Assembly: GCF_000022265.1 (NCBI RefSeq)
Contig: NC_011979.1
Location: 2,850,001 to 2,882,000 of the forward strand
Reading direction: 5' to 3'
Origin: Geotalea daltonii FRC-32
Lineage (GTDB): Bacteria; Desulfobacterota; Desulfuromonadia; Geobacterales; Geobacteraceae
Length of the DNA stretch: 32,000 nucleotides
In this document: piece by piece, positions 24,469 to 32,000 of the stretch
Numbering within the stretch: position 1 is the stretch's first letter
How the letters are laid out: each line of letters starts with the position of its first letter
The notes under the pieces: model-generated
What the model saw: the letters and a program-made list of their open reading frames with translations, nothing else
Told to the model about the DNA's origin: nothing
Databases searched by the model: none
Program-made: the position numbers and the translations under genes

Positions 24469-25449
24469 ATGATTCGTACCAGGATAACCGGGACCGGTTC
24501 TGCCCTTCCCGATAAGGTGCTGACAAATTCCGACCTGGAAAAAATGGTCGATACCAGTGATGAGTGGATCACAACACGAACTGGGATCAAGGAGCGCCGC
24601 ATCGCTGCCGAAGGTGAGTATACCTCCACCTTTGCCACCCGTGCTGCAGAAAAGGCCCTGGAGATGGCAGGAGTCAAGGCTGAAGAGCTGGACCTGATCA
24701 TTGTCGGGACCGTTACCCCCGATTTTCCCTTTCCCTCGACTGCCTGCGTGATCCAGAGCAATCTCAATGCAAATAATGCGGCAGCCTTCGATGTTTCCGC
24801 AGCCTGTTCCGGTTTTATATACGGGCTCTCCATTGCCGACCGGTTCATCAGGACCGGCACCGCCAAAAAGGCCCTGGTCATTGGCGGTGAAGTGCTCTCC
24901 CGTATTCTGGACTGGACCGATCGCAATACCTGCCTCCTTTTCGGTGACGGAGCGGGAGCTGCCGTGGTCGAGGCACAGGAAGGAGATTGTGGTGTTCTTT
25001 CCACCCATATCCGCAGTGACGGATCCTACTGGGAACTTCTTTATCAGCCCGGTTGCGGCGGCAGAAATCCCGCCACACAGAAAACCATCGACGAAAAACT
25101 GATGTTCATCAAAATGCATGGTAACGAGGTCTTTAAACTGGCGGTGAGGGCTATGGAGGATGTGGCGCGTCAGGCACTTGCCGCAAATGACCTGACCACT
25201 GACGATATCGACCTTTTCATACCCCATCAGGCCAACCGGCGCATTATCGATGCCATCGGCAAAAGACTCGGCGTTGCCGAGGGAAAGGTTTTCATCAACC
25301 TGGAGCGCTACGGCAATACCTCGGCAGCTTCCATTCCCATAGCCCTTGATGAAGCCAACCGCTCCGGGCGTCTCAAGGGGGGGGATGTTGTCCTGCTTGA
25401 CGCTTTTGGTGGCGGACTTACCTGGGGATCTGCGCTGTTTCGCTGGTAA
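24469..25449 (+). CDS. fabH: 3-oxoacyl-ACP synthase III
   Basis: Active-site Cys context AACSGFIY, His/Asn contexts IPHQANRRI and GNTSAASIP, 326 aa. Confidence 0.95.
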   Translation: MIRTRITGTGSALPDKVLTNSDLEKMVDTSDEWITTRTGIKERRIAAEGEYTSTFATRAAEKALEMAGVKAEELDLIIVGTVTPDFPFPSTACVIQSNLNANNAAAFDVSAACSGFIYGLSIADRFIRTGTAKKALVIGGEVLSRILDWTDRNTCLLFGDGAGAAVVEAQEGDCGVLSTHIRSDGSYWELLYQPGCGGRNPATQKTIDEKLMFIKMHGNEVFKLAVRAMEDVARQALAANDLTTDDIDLFIPHQANRRIIDAIGKRLGVAEGKVFINLERYGNTSAASIPIALDEANRSGRLKGGDVVLLDAFGGGLTWGSALFRW

Positions 25450-25470
25450 TAACAAGAAAGGAATGTTTCC

Positions 25471-26406
25471 ATGAGCAAGAAAGCGTTTATCTTTCCCGGC
25501 CAGGGGTCTCAATTCGCAGGCATGGGCAAGGATCTTGCCGATAATTTCAAGAAGGCAGCCCTCGTTTTCGAGGAAGCCGACGATGCCCTCAATTTCAAGC
25601 TTTCCCGACTCTGTTTTGATGGTCCGGAAGAAGATCTCAGACTTACGGCCAATACTCAACCTGCCATTCTCACTGCAAGCATTGCCGCTCTGAGAGTCCT
25701 CGAAGAAGAAACCTCCCTCAAAGCAGATTTTATGGCAGGTCATTCCCTTGGAGAGTATTCGGCACTCGTTGCCGCCGGTGCCATCAAATTTGCCGATGCC
25801 GTTCGTACCGTTCGTGCCCGCGGCACTTTCATGCAGGAGGCGGTTCCGGTCGGCGTTGGTTCCATGGCTGCAATCCTGGGCGTAGAACCCGAAGTGTTGG
25901 CTGAAATATGTTCAGAGGCAGCACAGGGTGAAGTGGTTGCGCCAGCTAATTTCAACTCCCCCGGCCAGATTGTCATAGCCGGTAACAGCGGCGCCGTCAA
26001 CAGAGCCATAGAGATTGCCAAAGGGAAAGGATTCAGAAAGGCGATGCTGCTTCCCGTAAGCGCACCCTTCCATTGTGCTCTCATGATACCAGCCGGTGAA
26101 CGCCTTGCCGGTGTATTGGAGCCTGTTGTTGTTTCACCGTTGACTGTTCCCGTCGTAACCAATGTTGAGGCATCGGCCAATAGTGATGCCGGAAGGGTGA
26201 AGGAGCTCCTGGTCAGACAGGTGAGTGCCCCCGTCAAATGGGACGCATCCGTAGGGGCTATGATTGCCGCCGGCGTCGACAAATTTGTCGAAATCGGACC
26301 GGGCAAAGTGCTGGCTGGCTTGGTAAAACGGATCGACAAGAGCATTGCTACATCCAATGTGCAGGATCAGGAGAGCCTCAGGGCTTTGATCCAGGAGGGC
26401 TTATGA
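25471..26406 (+). CDS. fabD: Malonyl-CoA:ACP transacylase
   Basis: FPGQGSQ and GHSLGEYSAL motifs, 311 aa. Confidence 0.95.
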   Translation: MSKKAFIFPGQGSQFAGMGKDLADNFKKAALVFEEADDALNFKLSRLCFDGPEEDLRLTANTQPAILTASIAALRVLEEETSLKADFMAGHSLGEYSALVAAGAIKFADAVRTVRARGTFMQEAVPVGVGSMAAILGVEPEVLAEICSEAAQGEVVAPANFNSPGQIVIAGNSGAVNRAIEIAKGKGFRKAMLLPVSAPFHCALMIPAGERLAGVLEPVVVSPLTVPVVTNVEASANSDAGRVKELLVRQVSAPVKWDASVGAMIAAGVDKFVEIGPGKVLAGLVKRIDKSIATSNVQDQESLRALIQEGL

Positions 26407-27143
26407 GTCTTAACGGCAGAGTGGCTATCGTTACCGGTGCTTCGCGGGGCATAGGCAAGGCAGTGGCTTTGAAACTGGCTGCCGATGGCGCCGATCTTGT
26501 GGTTACCGCCACCTCCCTTGAGACCGCCCAGGCCACAGCTGACGAAATCACCAGCGCAGGGGGCAATGCTCTGGCTGTGAAGGCGGATGTTTCCGTAACT
26601 GCAGAGGTGGAAGGTCTTTTTGCCGCAGCTGTCAAAAAATTTGGCAGGATCGACATCCTTGTCAATAATGCCGGAATAACCCGGGATGGCCTTCTGCTCA
26701 GAATGAAAGATGATGACTGGAATGCCGTGCTCGACATCAACCTTAAAGGCGCCTTCAACTGTACCCGTGAGGCCGCCAAATACATGACCAAAGCCAGGTA
26801 TGGTCGGATCGTCAATATCAGCTCGGTGGTGGGCGAAATGGGCAATGCCGGGCAGGTCAACTACTGTGCCAGCAAGGCAGGCATGTTCGGCCTGACAAAA
26901 GCCACTGCCCGCGAACTGGCAAAACGTAACATTACCGTCAATGCAGTGGCTCCAGGGTTTATCGAGACAGATATGACCGGAACCCTTTCGGATAAAGTAC
27001 GGGAAAACCTGCTGCAGCAGGTTCCGTTGGAGCGGCTTGGCCAACCCGAAGATATTGCTGCAGCAGTTTCATTCCTTGTCTCAACTCAGGCAAGTTACAT
27101 TACCGGCCATATTCTGTCGGTCAACGGCGGCATGTATATGTAG
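26403..27143 (+). CDS. fabG: 3-oxoacyl-ACP reductase
   Basis: MSLNGRVAIVTGASRGIGKA Rossmann start, NNAG, and the YCASK catalytic motif. The ATG overlaps the fabD stop (ATGA). The ORF-track start at 26238 is an out-of-context extension inside fabD. Confidence 0.95.
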   Translation: MSLNGRVAIVTGASRGIGKAVALKLAADGADLVVTATSLETAQATADEITSAGGNALAVKADVSVTAEVEGLFAAAVKKFGRIDILVNNAGITRDGLLLRMKDDDWNAVLDINLKGAFNCTREAAKYMTKARYGRIVNISSVVGEMGNAGQVNYCASKAGMFGLTKATARELAKRNITVNAVAPGFIETDMTGTLSDKVRENLLQQVPLERLGQPEDIAAAVSFLVSTQASYITGHILSVNGGMYM

Positions 27144-27278
27144 CCCCGTTTGAGAACCGATTAAAACTGATTTTGTTCGTAAAATACCTTTTGCAAATTT
27201 AGCTTTTCATGTTATGTAGCTACAGAGTTGATAAATAAACCAGCCTGAAAAGGTACTAAAAAAATGGAGGTGTAGGAA

Positions 27279-27512
27279 ATGTCGTCAATCGATAAACGTA
27301 TCAAAGAAATAGTTGCTGAGCAGCTGGGTGTGGATGAGGCTCAGGTAACCAACGAAGCTTCTTTTATGGATGATCTGGGAGCCGACTCCCTTGATACTGT
27401 CGAGCTGGTTATGGCTCTTGAGGAAGAATTCGACATTGAGATCTCCGACGAAGACGCCGAAAAGATCCAGTCTGTTCAGGACGCCATCGATTATATCACT
27501 GATCACACCTAA
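27279..27512 (+). CDS. acpP: Acyl carrier protein
   Basis: 77 aa with the phosphopantetheine site [25 protein letters not shown] lies upstream. Confidence 0.97.
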   Translation: MSSIDKRIKEIVAEQLGVDEAQVTNEASFMDDLGADSLDTVELVMALEEEFDIEISDEDAEKIQSVQDAIDYITDHT

Positions 27513-27522
27513 GACGGATTGA

Positions 27523-27548
27523 GGGGAGGTTTACCTCCCCCTTTTTTT
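27523..27548 (+). terminator. Intra-operon rho-independent terminator/attenuator after acpP
   Basis: GGGGAGG pairs with CCTCCCC (27523-27540) and is followed by seven T (27542-27548). Confidence 0.65.
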
Positions 27549-27600
27549 GCATTTCGGTTTAAAGCATGTTGAGGATCAGAAACTTAAGGAGCTTCAGTCT

Positions 27601-28833
27601 ATGAGAAGAGTTGTTGTAACGGGAGTTGGTGTCGTCTCTCCGCTGGGCACCGGCAACAAGGCCAACTGGGACGCCCTGACCACCGGAAAGTCGGGCATTG
27701 CACGTATTACGCGCTTTGACCCCTCCGATTTGCCTGTCCAGATAGCTGGTGAAGTTAAGGATTTCGTTGCCGAGGATTTCATCGACAAAAAAGAAATCAA
27801 GAAGATGGACAACTTTATCCAGTATGCCTTGGGCGCCGCCCATTATGCCATGGAAGACTCAGGGCTGAAGATAACCGAAGAAAATGCTGAAAGGGTGGGC
27901 GTTCTTGTGGGAGCTGGCCTTGGCGGCTTGCCTACTATAGAGAGATACCACTCGGCTCTTCTGGAAGGCGGATACAAAAAGATATCCCCTTTCTTCATCC
28001 CCATGCTGATCATAAACCTTGCTCCCGGCCACATATCCATCAAGTACGGTGCCAAGGGCCCCAATATTTCATCGGTTTCAGCCTGTGCCACCGGCACCCA
28101 TTCAATTGGCGATGCATATCACATGATAAAGCGTGGTGATGCCGATGCCATGATCGCCGGCGGTACGGAATCTACCGTGACCCCTCTTGGTATTGGCGGC
28201 TTTGCTGTAATGAAGGCATTATCGACCTGCAATGATGATCCTTCTGCAGCGTCGAGACCTTTTGATAAGGAACGTGACGGTTTTGTTCTTGCTGAGGGCG
28301 CTGGTATTGTTGTCCTGGAGGAATATGAGTCGGCAAAGCGTCGTGGTGCCAAGATTTATGCCGAAGTTGCAGGATACGGCATGAGCGGAGATGCTTTTCA
28401 TCTTACCCAGCCTGCCCCTGACGGCGAGGGTGCTGCCCGCTGCATAAAGATGGCTTTGGCGACCGCAGGTGTGAAGCCTGAGGAGGTCGATTACATCAAT
28501 GCCCATGGTACTTCGACCCATTTTAACGACCTCTACGAAACAATGGCGATCAAACGCATTTTCGGTGACCATGCAAAAAAATTGATGGTATCTTCCACAA
28601 AATCCATGACGGGCCACCTCCTTGGTGCAGCTGGTGGCATTGAAGCTGTCTTTACCGCCATGGCCATGGACAAGGGAGTTGTTCCCCCGACCATCAATTA
28701 CAAAACGCCCGATCCCGAATGCGATCTCGATTACGTTCCCAACACTGCCCGTGACGCTTCCATTCGTTGTGCCCTGAGCAATTCCTTCGGCTTCGGCGGC
28801 ACTAACGCCTCACTGCTTTTCAGAAAGATTTAG
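27601..28833 (+). CDS. fabF: 3-oxoacyl-ACP synthase II
   Basis: [16 protein letters not shown] start, SACATG active-site Cys, NAHGTST and GHLLGAAG motifs. AAGGAG lies upstream of ATG 27601. Confidence 0.95.
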   Translation: MRRVVVTGVGVVSPLGTGNKANWDALTTGKSGIARITRFDPSDLPVQIAGEVKDFVAEDFIDKKEIKKMDNFIQYALGAAHYAMEDSGLKITEENAERVGVLVGAGLGGLPTIERYHSALLEGGYKKISPFFIPMLIINLAPGHISIKYGAKGPNISSVSACATGTHSIGDAYHMIKRGDADAMIAGGTESTVTPLGIGGFAVMKALSTCNDDPSAASRPFDKERDGFVLAEGAGIVVLEEYESAKRRGAKIYAEVAGYGMSGDAFHLTQPAPDGEGAARCIKMALATAGVKPEEVDYINAHGTSTHFNDLYETMAIKRIFGDHAKKLMVSSTKSMTGHLLGAAGGIEAVFTAMAMDKGVVPPTINYKTPDPECDLDYVPNTARDASIRCALSNSFGFGGTNASLLFRKI

Positions 28834-28847
28834 GGAAGGGTGGGACA

Positions 28848-29294
28848 ATGATAGCACTGGGTAGTGATCACGGCGGACTTGCACTCAAGGTTGAAATCAA
28901 GAAGCTTTTGCTGGAGCGTGGCATTCCTTTCGAAGACTGCGGGACCGATAACGGTGATTCCGTGGATTATCCCGACTTTGGCGAAAAAGTTGCGAGGAAG
29001 GTATCCAAGGGTGAGGTGGAGAAGGGAATTCTTGTCTGTGGCACCGGTATCGGCATGTCCATTGTTGCCAACAAATTTCCCCATGTCAGGGCTGCCATTG
29101 TTACCGACAGCTTTATGGCCCGCATGGCCAAGGAGCACAACAACGCCAACATTCTCGTTCTTGGAGGCAGAGTTCTTGATAACGATGGAGCAAGAGAAAT
29201 GGTATCTACCTGGCTCGATGCCGCCTTCGAGGGGGGCCGTCACCAGGGAAGGCTTGACAAGATTGCACTGATTGAAAAAGAACTCTACAAGTAG
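28848..29294 (+). CDS. rpiB: Ribose-5-phosphate isomerase B
   Basis: MIALGSDHGGLALK..., ILVCGTGIGMSIVANK, 148 aa. Confidence 0.9.
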   Translation: MIALGSDHGGLALKVEIKKLLLERGIPFEDCGTDNGDSVDYPDFGEKVARKVSKGEVEKGILVCGTGIGMSIVANKFPHVRAAIVTDSFMARMAKEHNNANILVLGGRVLDNDGAREMVSTWLDAAFEGGRHQGRLDKIALIEKELYK

Positions 29295-29329
29295 CCTGCC
29301 AGTAAGCGGTGAATGAGCTGTAAAACATT

Positions 29330-29359
29330 ACGGGACTACCACAGTCCCGTTTCCTTTTT
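29330..29359 (+). terminator. Hairpin plus T-tract between rpiB and glyA (terminator or attenuator)
   Basis: ACGGGACT (29330-29337), loop accac, AGTCCCGT (29343-29350), then TTCCTTTTT. It ends 12 nt before the glyA Shine-Dalgarno. Confidence 0.55.
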
Positions 29360-29381
29360 ATACCATAGCAAAGGAGAATCT

Positions 29382-30629
29382 ATGTCCATACTGGAGAATT
29401 TTGATCCCGCCGTAGCACATGCCATACGAGTTGAAACTGAGCGGCAGGAGTTTAACCTGGAACTGATCGCCTCGGAAAACTTCGTTTCGGAAGCGGTCAT
29501 GGAGGCTCAGGGTTCGGTCCTGACCAATAAATATGCCGAAGGATATCCCGGCAAGCGCTACTATGGCGGCTGCCATAATGTGGACATAGTGGAAAATCTG
29601 GCCATCGATCGGGCAAAGGAGCTGTTCGGCGCCGAGCATGCCAACGTGCAGCCTCACTCCGGTTCACAGGCCAACATGGCTGTTTACTTTACGGTACTTA
29701 AGCCGGGGGATACCGTGCTCGGCATGAATCTGGCCCATGGCGGCCACCTGACCCACGGCAGTCCGGTCAACTTTTCGGGGAAATTTTTCAATATTGTCCC
29801 CTATGGGGTGACCAAGGAAAGCCAGACCATTGACTACGCCGAGGTTGAAAGGCTGGCTGTTGAGCATAAACCGAAAATGATCGTTGTCGGTGCCAGCGCC
29901 TATCCGCGTACCATCGATTTTGCAGCTTTCCGCAAGATCGCCGACAAGGTGGGAGCCGTGGTCATGGTGGATATGGCCCATATCGCAGGGCTTGTCGCTG
30001 CAGGACTTCATCCGAGTCCGGTGCCCCATGCCGAATTTGTCACCACTACAACCCACAAGACTCTGCGCGGGCCCCGTGGCGGTATGATTCTCTGCCGTGA
30101 GGAATTTGCCAAGGCACTCAATTCCAACATCTTCCCGGGGATCCAAGGCGGTCCCCTGATGCATGTCATTGCCGCCAAGGCGGTGGCATTCAAGGAGGCG
30201 CTGTCTCCCGAGTTCAAGCAGTATCAGCAGCAGATAGTCAATAATGCCAAGGCACTGGCGGTAGCGCTGATGAAAAATGGATTCAAGCTCACCTCCGGCG
30301 GTACCGACAATCACCTGATGCTGGTTGATCTGTCGGAGACACCGCTGACTGGCAAGGTGGCCGAGGAAGCCCTGGACAAGGCCGGAATTACCGTCAACAA
30401 AAACGGCATCCCCTTCGATACCCGTTCTCCTTTTATTACCTCCGGTATCAGGATCGGTACCCCTGCTGCCACTACCCATGGCCTGAAGGAACCGGAGATG
30501 GCGCAGGTGGCAGGTTTTATCGCCGATGCACTGGCCAATGTTGACAATGATGCTAAGCTGGCTGAAATAAAGGGACGGGTAAATACCATGATGAAGCAGT
30601 TTCCCCTGTATTCCAGCAGACTCGCCTGA
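29382..30629 (+). CDS. glyA: Serine hydroxymethyltransferase
   Basis: [22 protein letters not shown] and [14 protein letters not shown] (PLP-Lys) motifs. AAGGAG lies 5 nt upstream of ATG 29382. Confidence 0.96.
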   Translation: MSILENFDPAVAHAIRVETERQEFNLELIASENFVSEAVMEAQGSVLTNKYAEGYPGKRYYGGCHNVDIVENLAIDRAKELFGAEHANVQPHSGSQANMAVYFTVLKPGDTVLGMNLAHGGHLTHGSPVNFSGKFFNIVPYGVTKESQTIDYAEVERLAVEHKPKMIVVGASAYPRTIDFAAFRKIADKVGAVVMVDMAHIAGLVAAGLHPSPVPHAEFVTTTTHKTLRGPRGGMILCREEFAKALNSNIFPGIQGGPLMHVIAAKAVAFKEALSPEFKQYQQQIVNNAKALAVALMKNGFKLTSGGTDNHLMLVDLSETPLTGKVAEEALDKAGITVNKNGIPFDTRSPFITSGIRIGTPAATTHGLKEPEMAQVAGFIADALANVDNDAKLAEIKGRVNTMMKQFPLYSSRLA

Positions 30630-30644
30630 TAAAAACAACAAAAA

Positions 30645-30673
30645 GGGGGAGTATCCTGCTCCCCCTTTCTTTG
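30645..30673 (+). terminator. Rho-independent terminator after glyA
   Basis: GGGGGAG (30645-30651) pairs with CTCCCCC (30659-30665) around a 7-nt loop, followed by TTTCTTTG. Confidence 0.7.
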
Positions 30674-30760
30674 TCTATTTGCTCTCCTTATTTTCTTTCT
30701 TTTCAGCCTCGTTTTTTCTCAAAATATTCGTGCCTGCCATGCACCGGGTTGTTTTTCAGG

Positions 30761-30788
30761 TTAACAGATGCAAAAGCTGTGGTATAAA
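30761..30788 (+). promoter_or_regulatory. Candidate sigma-70 promoter of the last gene
   Basis: TTAACA (30761-30766), 16-nt spacer, TATAAA (30783-30788). This argues for ATG 30831 rather than 30768. Confidence 0.4.
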
Positions 30789-30830
30789 CAACTGTCTCAA
30801 AGAGTTGCTTCTCATGCCAAGGAGGGGAGT

Positions 30831-32000
30831 ATGAAAAATCGCAGGCTTCTCATTCTCGTTATTAGTCTTTGCCTGATTCTCGACATCTCCTGCAGCATTG
30901 CTGCAGACAAAAAAAATGCTAAAAAGAGCGCGTTCATTACCCATGGTGAATTTGTCACCGATCTTGTTACAGCGATGGGATGGGACGCAGGTTTGCCCCT
31001 TAAGCCCAGGGAAAAGGATTACCTGGCCATCCTGTCTGGAAAGAGGTTCTTCAAGTTTGAAGCGGAAAAGTACTATGCAGCCCAAACCGACAATGTATCT
31101 GTCCGCAACTATGCCCTGTTAGGCCCTTTTTCCGGGAGCGGATGGGTGAGTGGTATTGCCTCGCCGACTACCGCTCATTTCAAGGTCTTGCTTCCCATTG
31201 GCGGCATTTATTCTCTAACCGTTGCAGCCAAAGGGGACGGCCAGAAATGGCAGGTAGGCGGCAAGGAGTTCACGGTCAGTACCGGCTCAAAAATCGCCGA
31301 GGCAAAGGTTGCCGACATTTCGCTGAATGCAGGCTTCCAGGAGATCAATGTAGTTCTTCCTCCCGACGGTGCTGTCGATTATTTTATCCTCGATGCTCCG
31401 ACACTGCGAGCCATTGCTCCCATTGACGGCTGGGAGACCAAATCCGTCTTCAATCATGGGGACCTGGCAGAGGTTACAGTTGCCTTGCTCGGCCTTGAGA
31501 GCAACCTGCCCGACGACGGCAAGCCCATCGTTTTCCCTGTAGCTGATGTGGCAGAGCTGCCAGTATCGGCCAAGATCACCACCGTCGATTATCTTGGCAA
31601 ACCGCTGGCCCCCAAATGGGTGCGTGCCGATTATCGCGGAGCCCAGCTGGAAGTGCCCTTCACTGTGGATAAGGATGGCGCCTACAGAATAAGGGTAAGA
31701 GCTCTTGGAGATACCATTTCTGCCGAGGTGGATTCCGACAAGGTAAAAGGAAACGGCAAGCCCTATCTGGAATGGGTAGACCTGGGACTTTTCCGTCTCG
31801 ACCAAGGCAGTCACAAGTTGCTGATAAACCTGAAAACCAACCAGGGAGTGGATGTGGTCGAAATAGCCGGGAAAAAATCTTCACCGGCTGAGTACATGGC
31901 AGTATCCGCCATAAAGGGCGAACCTGATGCTCCTGTAAAGAGGACTGACCTGGATAAAATCCTTGCTTCTCTGGTGGACCGTTTCAAGGAGAGAAAATAA
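30831..32000 (+). CDS. Secreted hypothetical protein with two beta-sandwich (CBM-like) modules
   Basis: ATG 30831 is preceded by AAGGAGGGG. Signal peptide MKNRRLLILVISLCLILDISCSIAA. There are two internally similar segments (GGIYSLTVAAKGDG...INVVLPPDGAVDYFIL and DGAYRIRVRALGD...LLINLKTNQGVDVVEI). The TAA stop is at 31998-32000. I recognise no family. Confidence 0.65.
   Translation: MKNRRLLILVISLCLILDISCSIAADKKNAKKSAFITHGEFVTDLVTAMGWDAGLPLKPREKDYLAILSGKRFFKFEAEKYYAAQTDNVSVRNYALLGPFSGSGWVSGIASPTTAHFKVLLPIGGIYSLTVAAKGDGQKWQVGGKEFTVSTGSKIAEAKVADISLNAGFQEINVVLPPDGAVDYFILDAPTLRAIAPIDGWETKSVFNHGDLAEVTVALLGLESNLPDDGKPIVFPVADVAELPVSAKITTVDYLGKPLAPKWVRADYRGAQLEVPFTVDKDGAYRIRVRALGDTISAEVDSDKVKGNGKPYLEWVDLGLFRLDQGSHKLLINLKTNQGVDVVEIAGKKSSPAEYMAVSAIKGEPDAPVKRTDLDKILASLVDRFKERK

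Noticed and set aside
24409-25743. 444-aa minus-strand ORF antisense to fabH/fabD. Similar long antisense ORFs occur at 29664..30641, 21341..22384, 20015..20950, 18221..18955, 13982..14779 and 26367..27044.
   Set aside because: Each lies opposite a gene with unmistakable conserved motifs. Their translations are low-complexity and Gly/Arg/Pro/Cys-rich with no recognisable domains or Shine-Dalgarno sequences. They are typical shadow ORFs of moderately GC-rich coding DNA.
1-32000. Looked for mobile-element or defence hallmarks: integrase, transposase, terminal inverted repeats of IS size, CRISPR repeats, toxin-antitoxin pairs, restriction-modification genes, and tRNA genes as integration sites.
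   Set aside because: None was seen. The only inverted repeat of note is the 17-bp pair at 13437/13600, which is reported as a finding. The AbrB-like segment at 16946 is fused to recG rather than being a free antitoxin gene.

Overview
This window looks like a chromosomal segment from a Geobacter-like (Desulfuromonadales/Geobacterales-type) bacterium. That attribution rests only on gene content and order recalled from memory. I found no tRNA or rRNA genes, CRISPR arrays, IS elements, integrases or recognisable defence genes.

The right half (22.5-30.7 kb) is a classical housekeeping operon: yceD-rpmF-plsX-fabH-fabD-fabG-acpP-fabF-rpiB-glyA. It is preceded by putA (bifunctional proline dehydrogenase/P5C dehydrogenase) and recG.

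The left half (0-9.4 kb) is an envelope- and surface-flavoured set:
- a TetR regulator;
- a secreted FN3 protein carrying a tandemly duplicated Ig-like + malectin lectin module;
- a short penicillin-binding transpeptidase, divergent from a DUF1566 lipoprotein;
- a DUF748/AsmA-like gene, a CsgD-like pseudo-receiver LuxR regulator and a YihY/BrkB membrane protein, apparently one operon;
- a YciA-like acyl-CoA thioesterase.

The middle (9.5-16.9 kb) is the most interesting part.
- A PAS-PAS-AAA+-HTH sigma-54 activator is followed by repeated TGTAAAC-N4-GTTNACA palindromes and a good -24/-12 promoter. That promoter drives a single 4-hydroxybutyrate/butyryl-CoA:acetate CoA-transferase-family gene.
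- Next is a 1082-aa protein that fuses a CbrA/CrbS-type SLC5 (sodium:solute symporter) membrane module and a STAC-like linker to GAF and a SpoIIE/PP2C phosphatase. No partner-switching genes are nearby.
- Its leader contains a perfect 17-bp long-range inverted repeat. The repeat pairs the predicted 5' end of the mRNA with the start codon.

Other points worth a second look:
- RecG carries an AbrB/SpoVT-like N-terminal domain.
- The perfect palindrome TGCCATGGCA occurs three times in and next to the PBP gene.

None of these is proven to be a new system. The transporter-like phosphatase with its structured leader is my best candidate. All calls come from reading the sequence and ORF translations; no searches were run.
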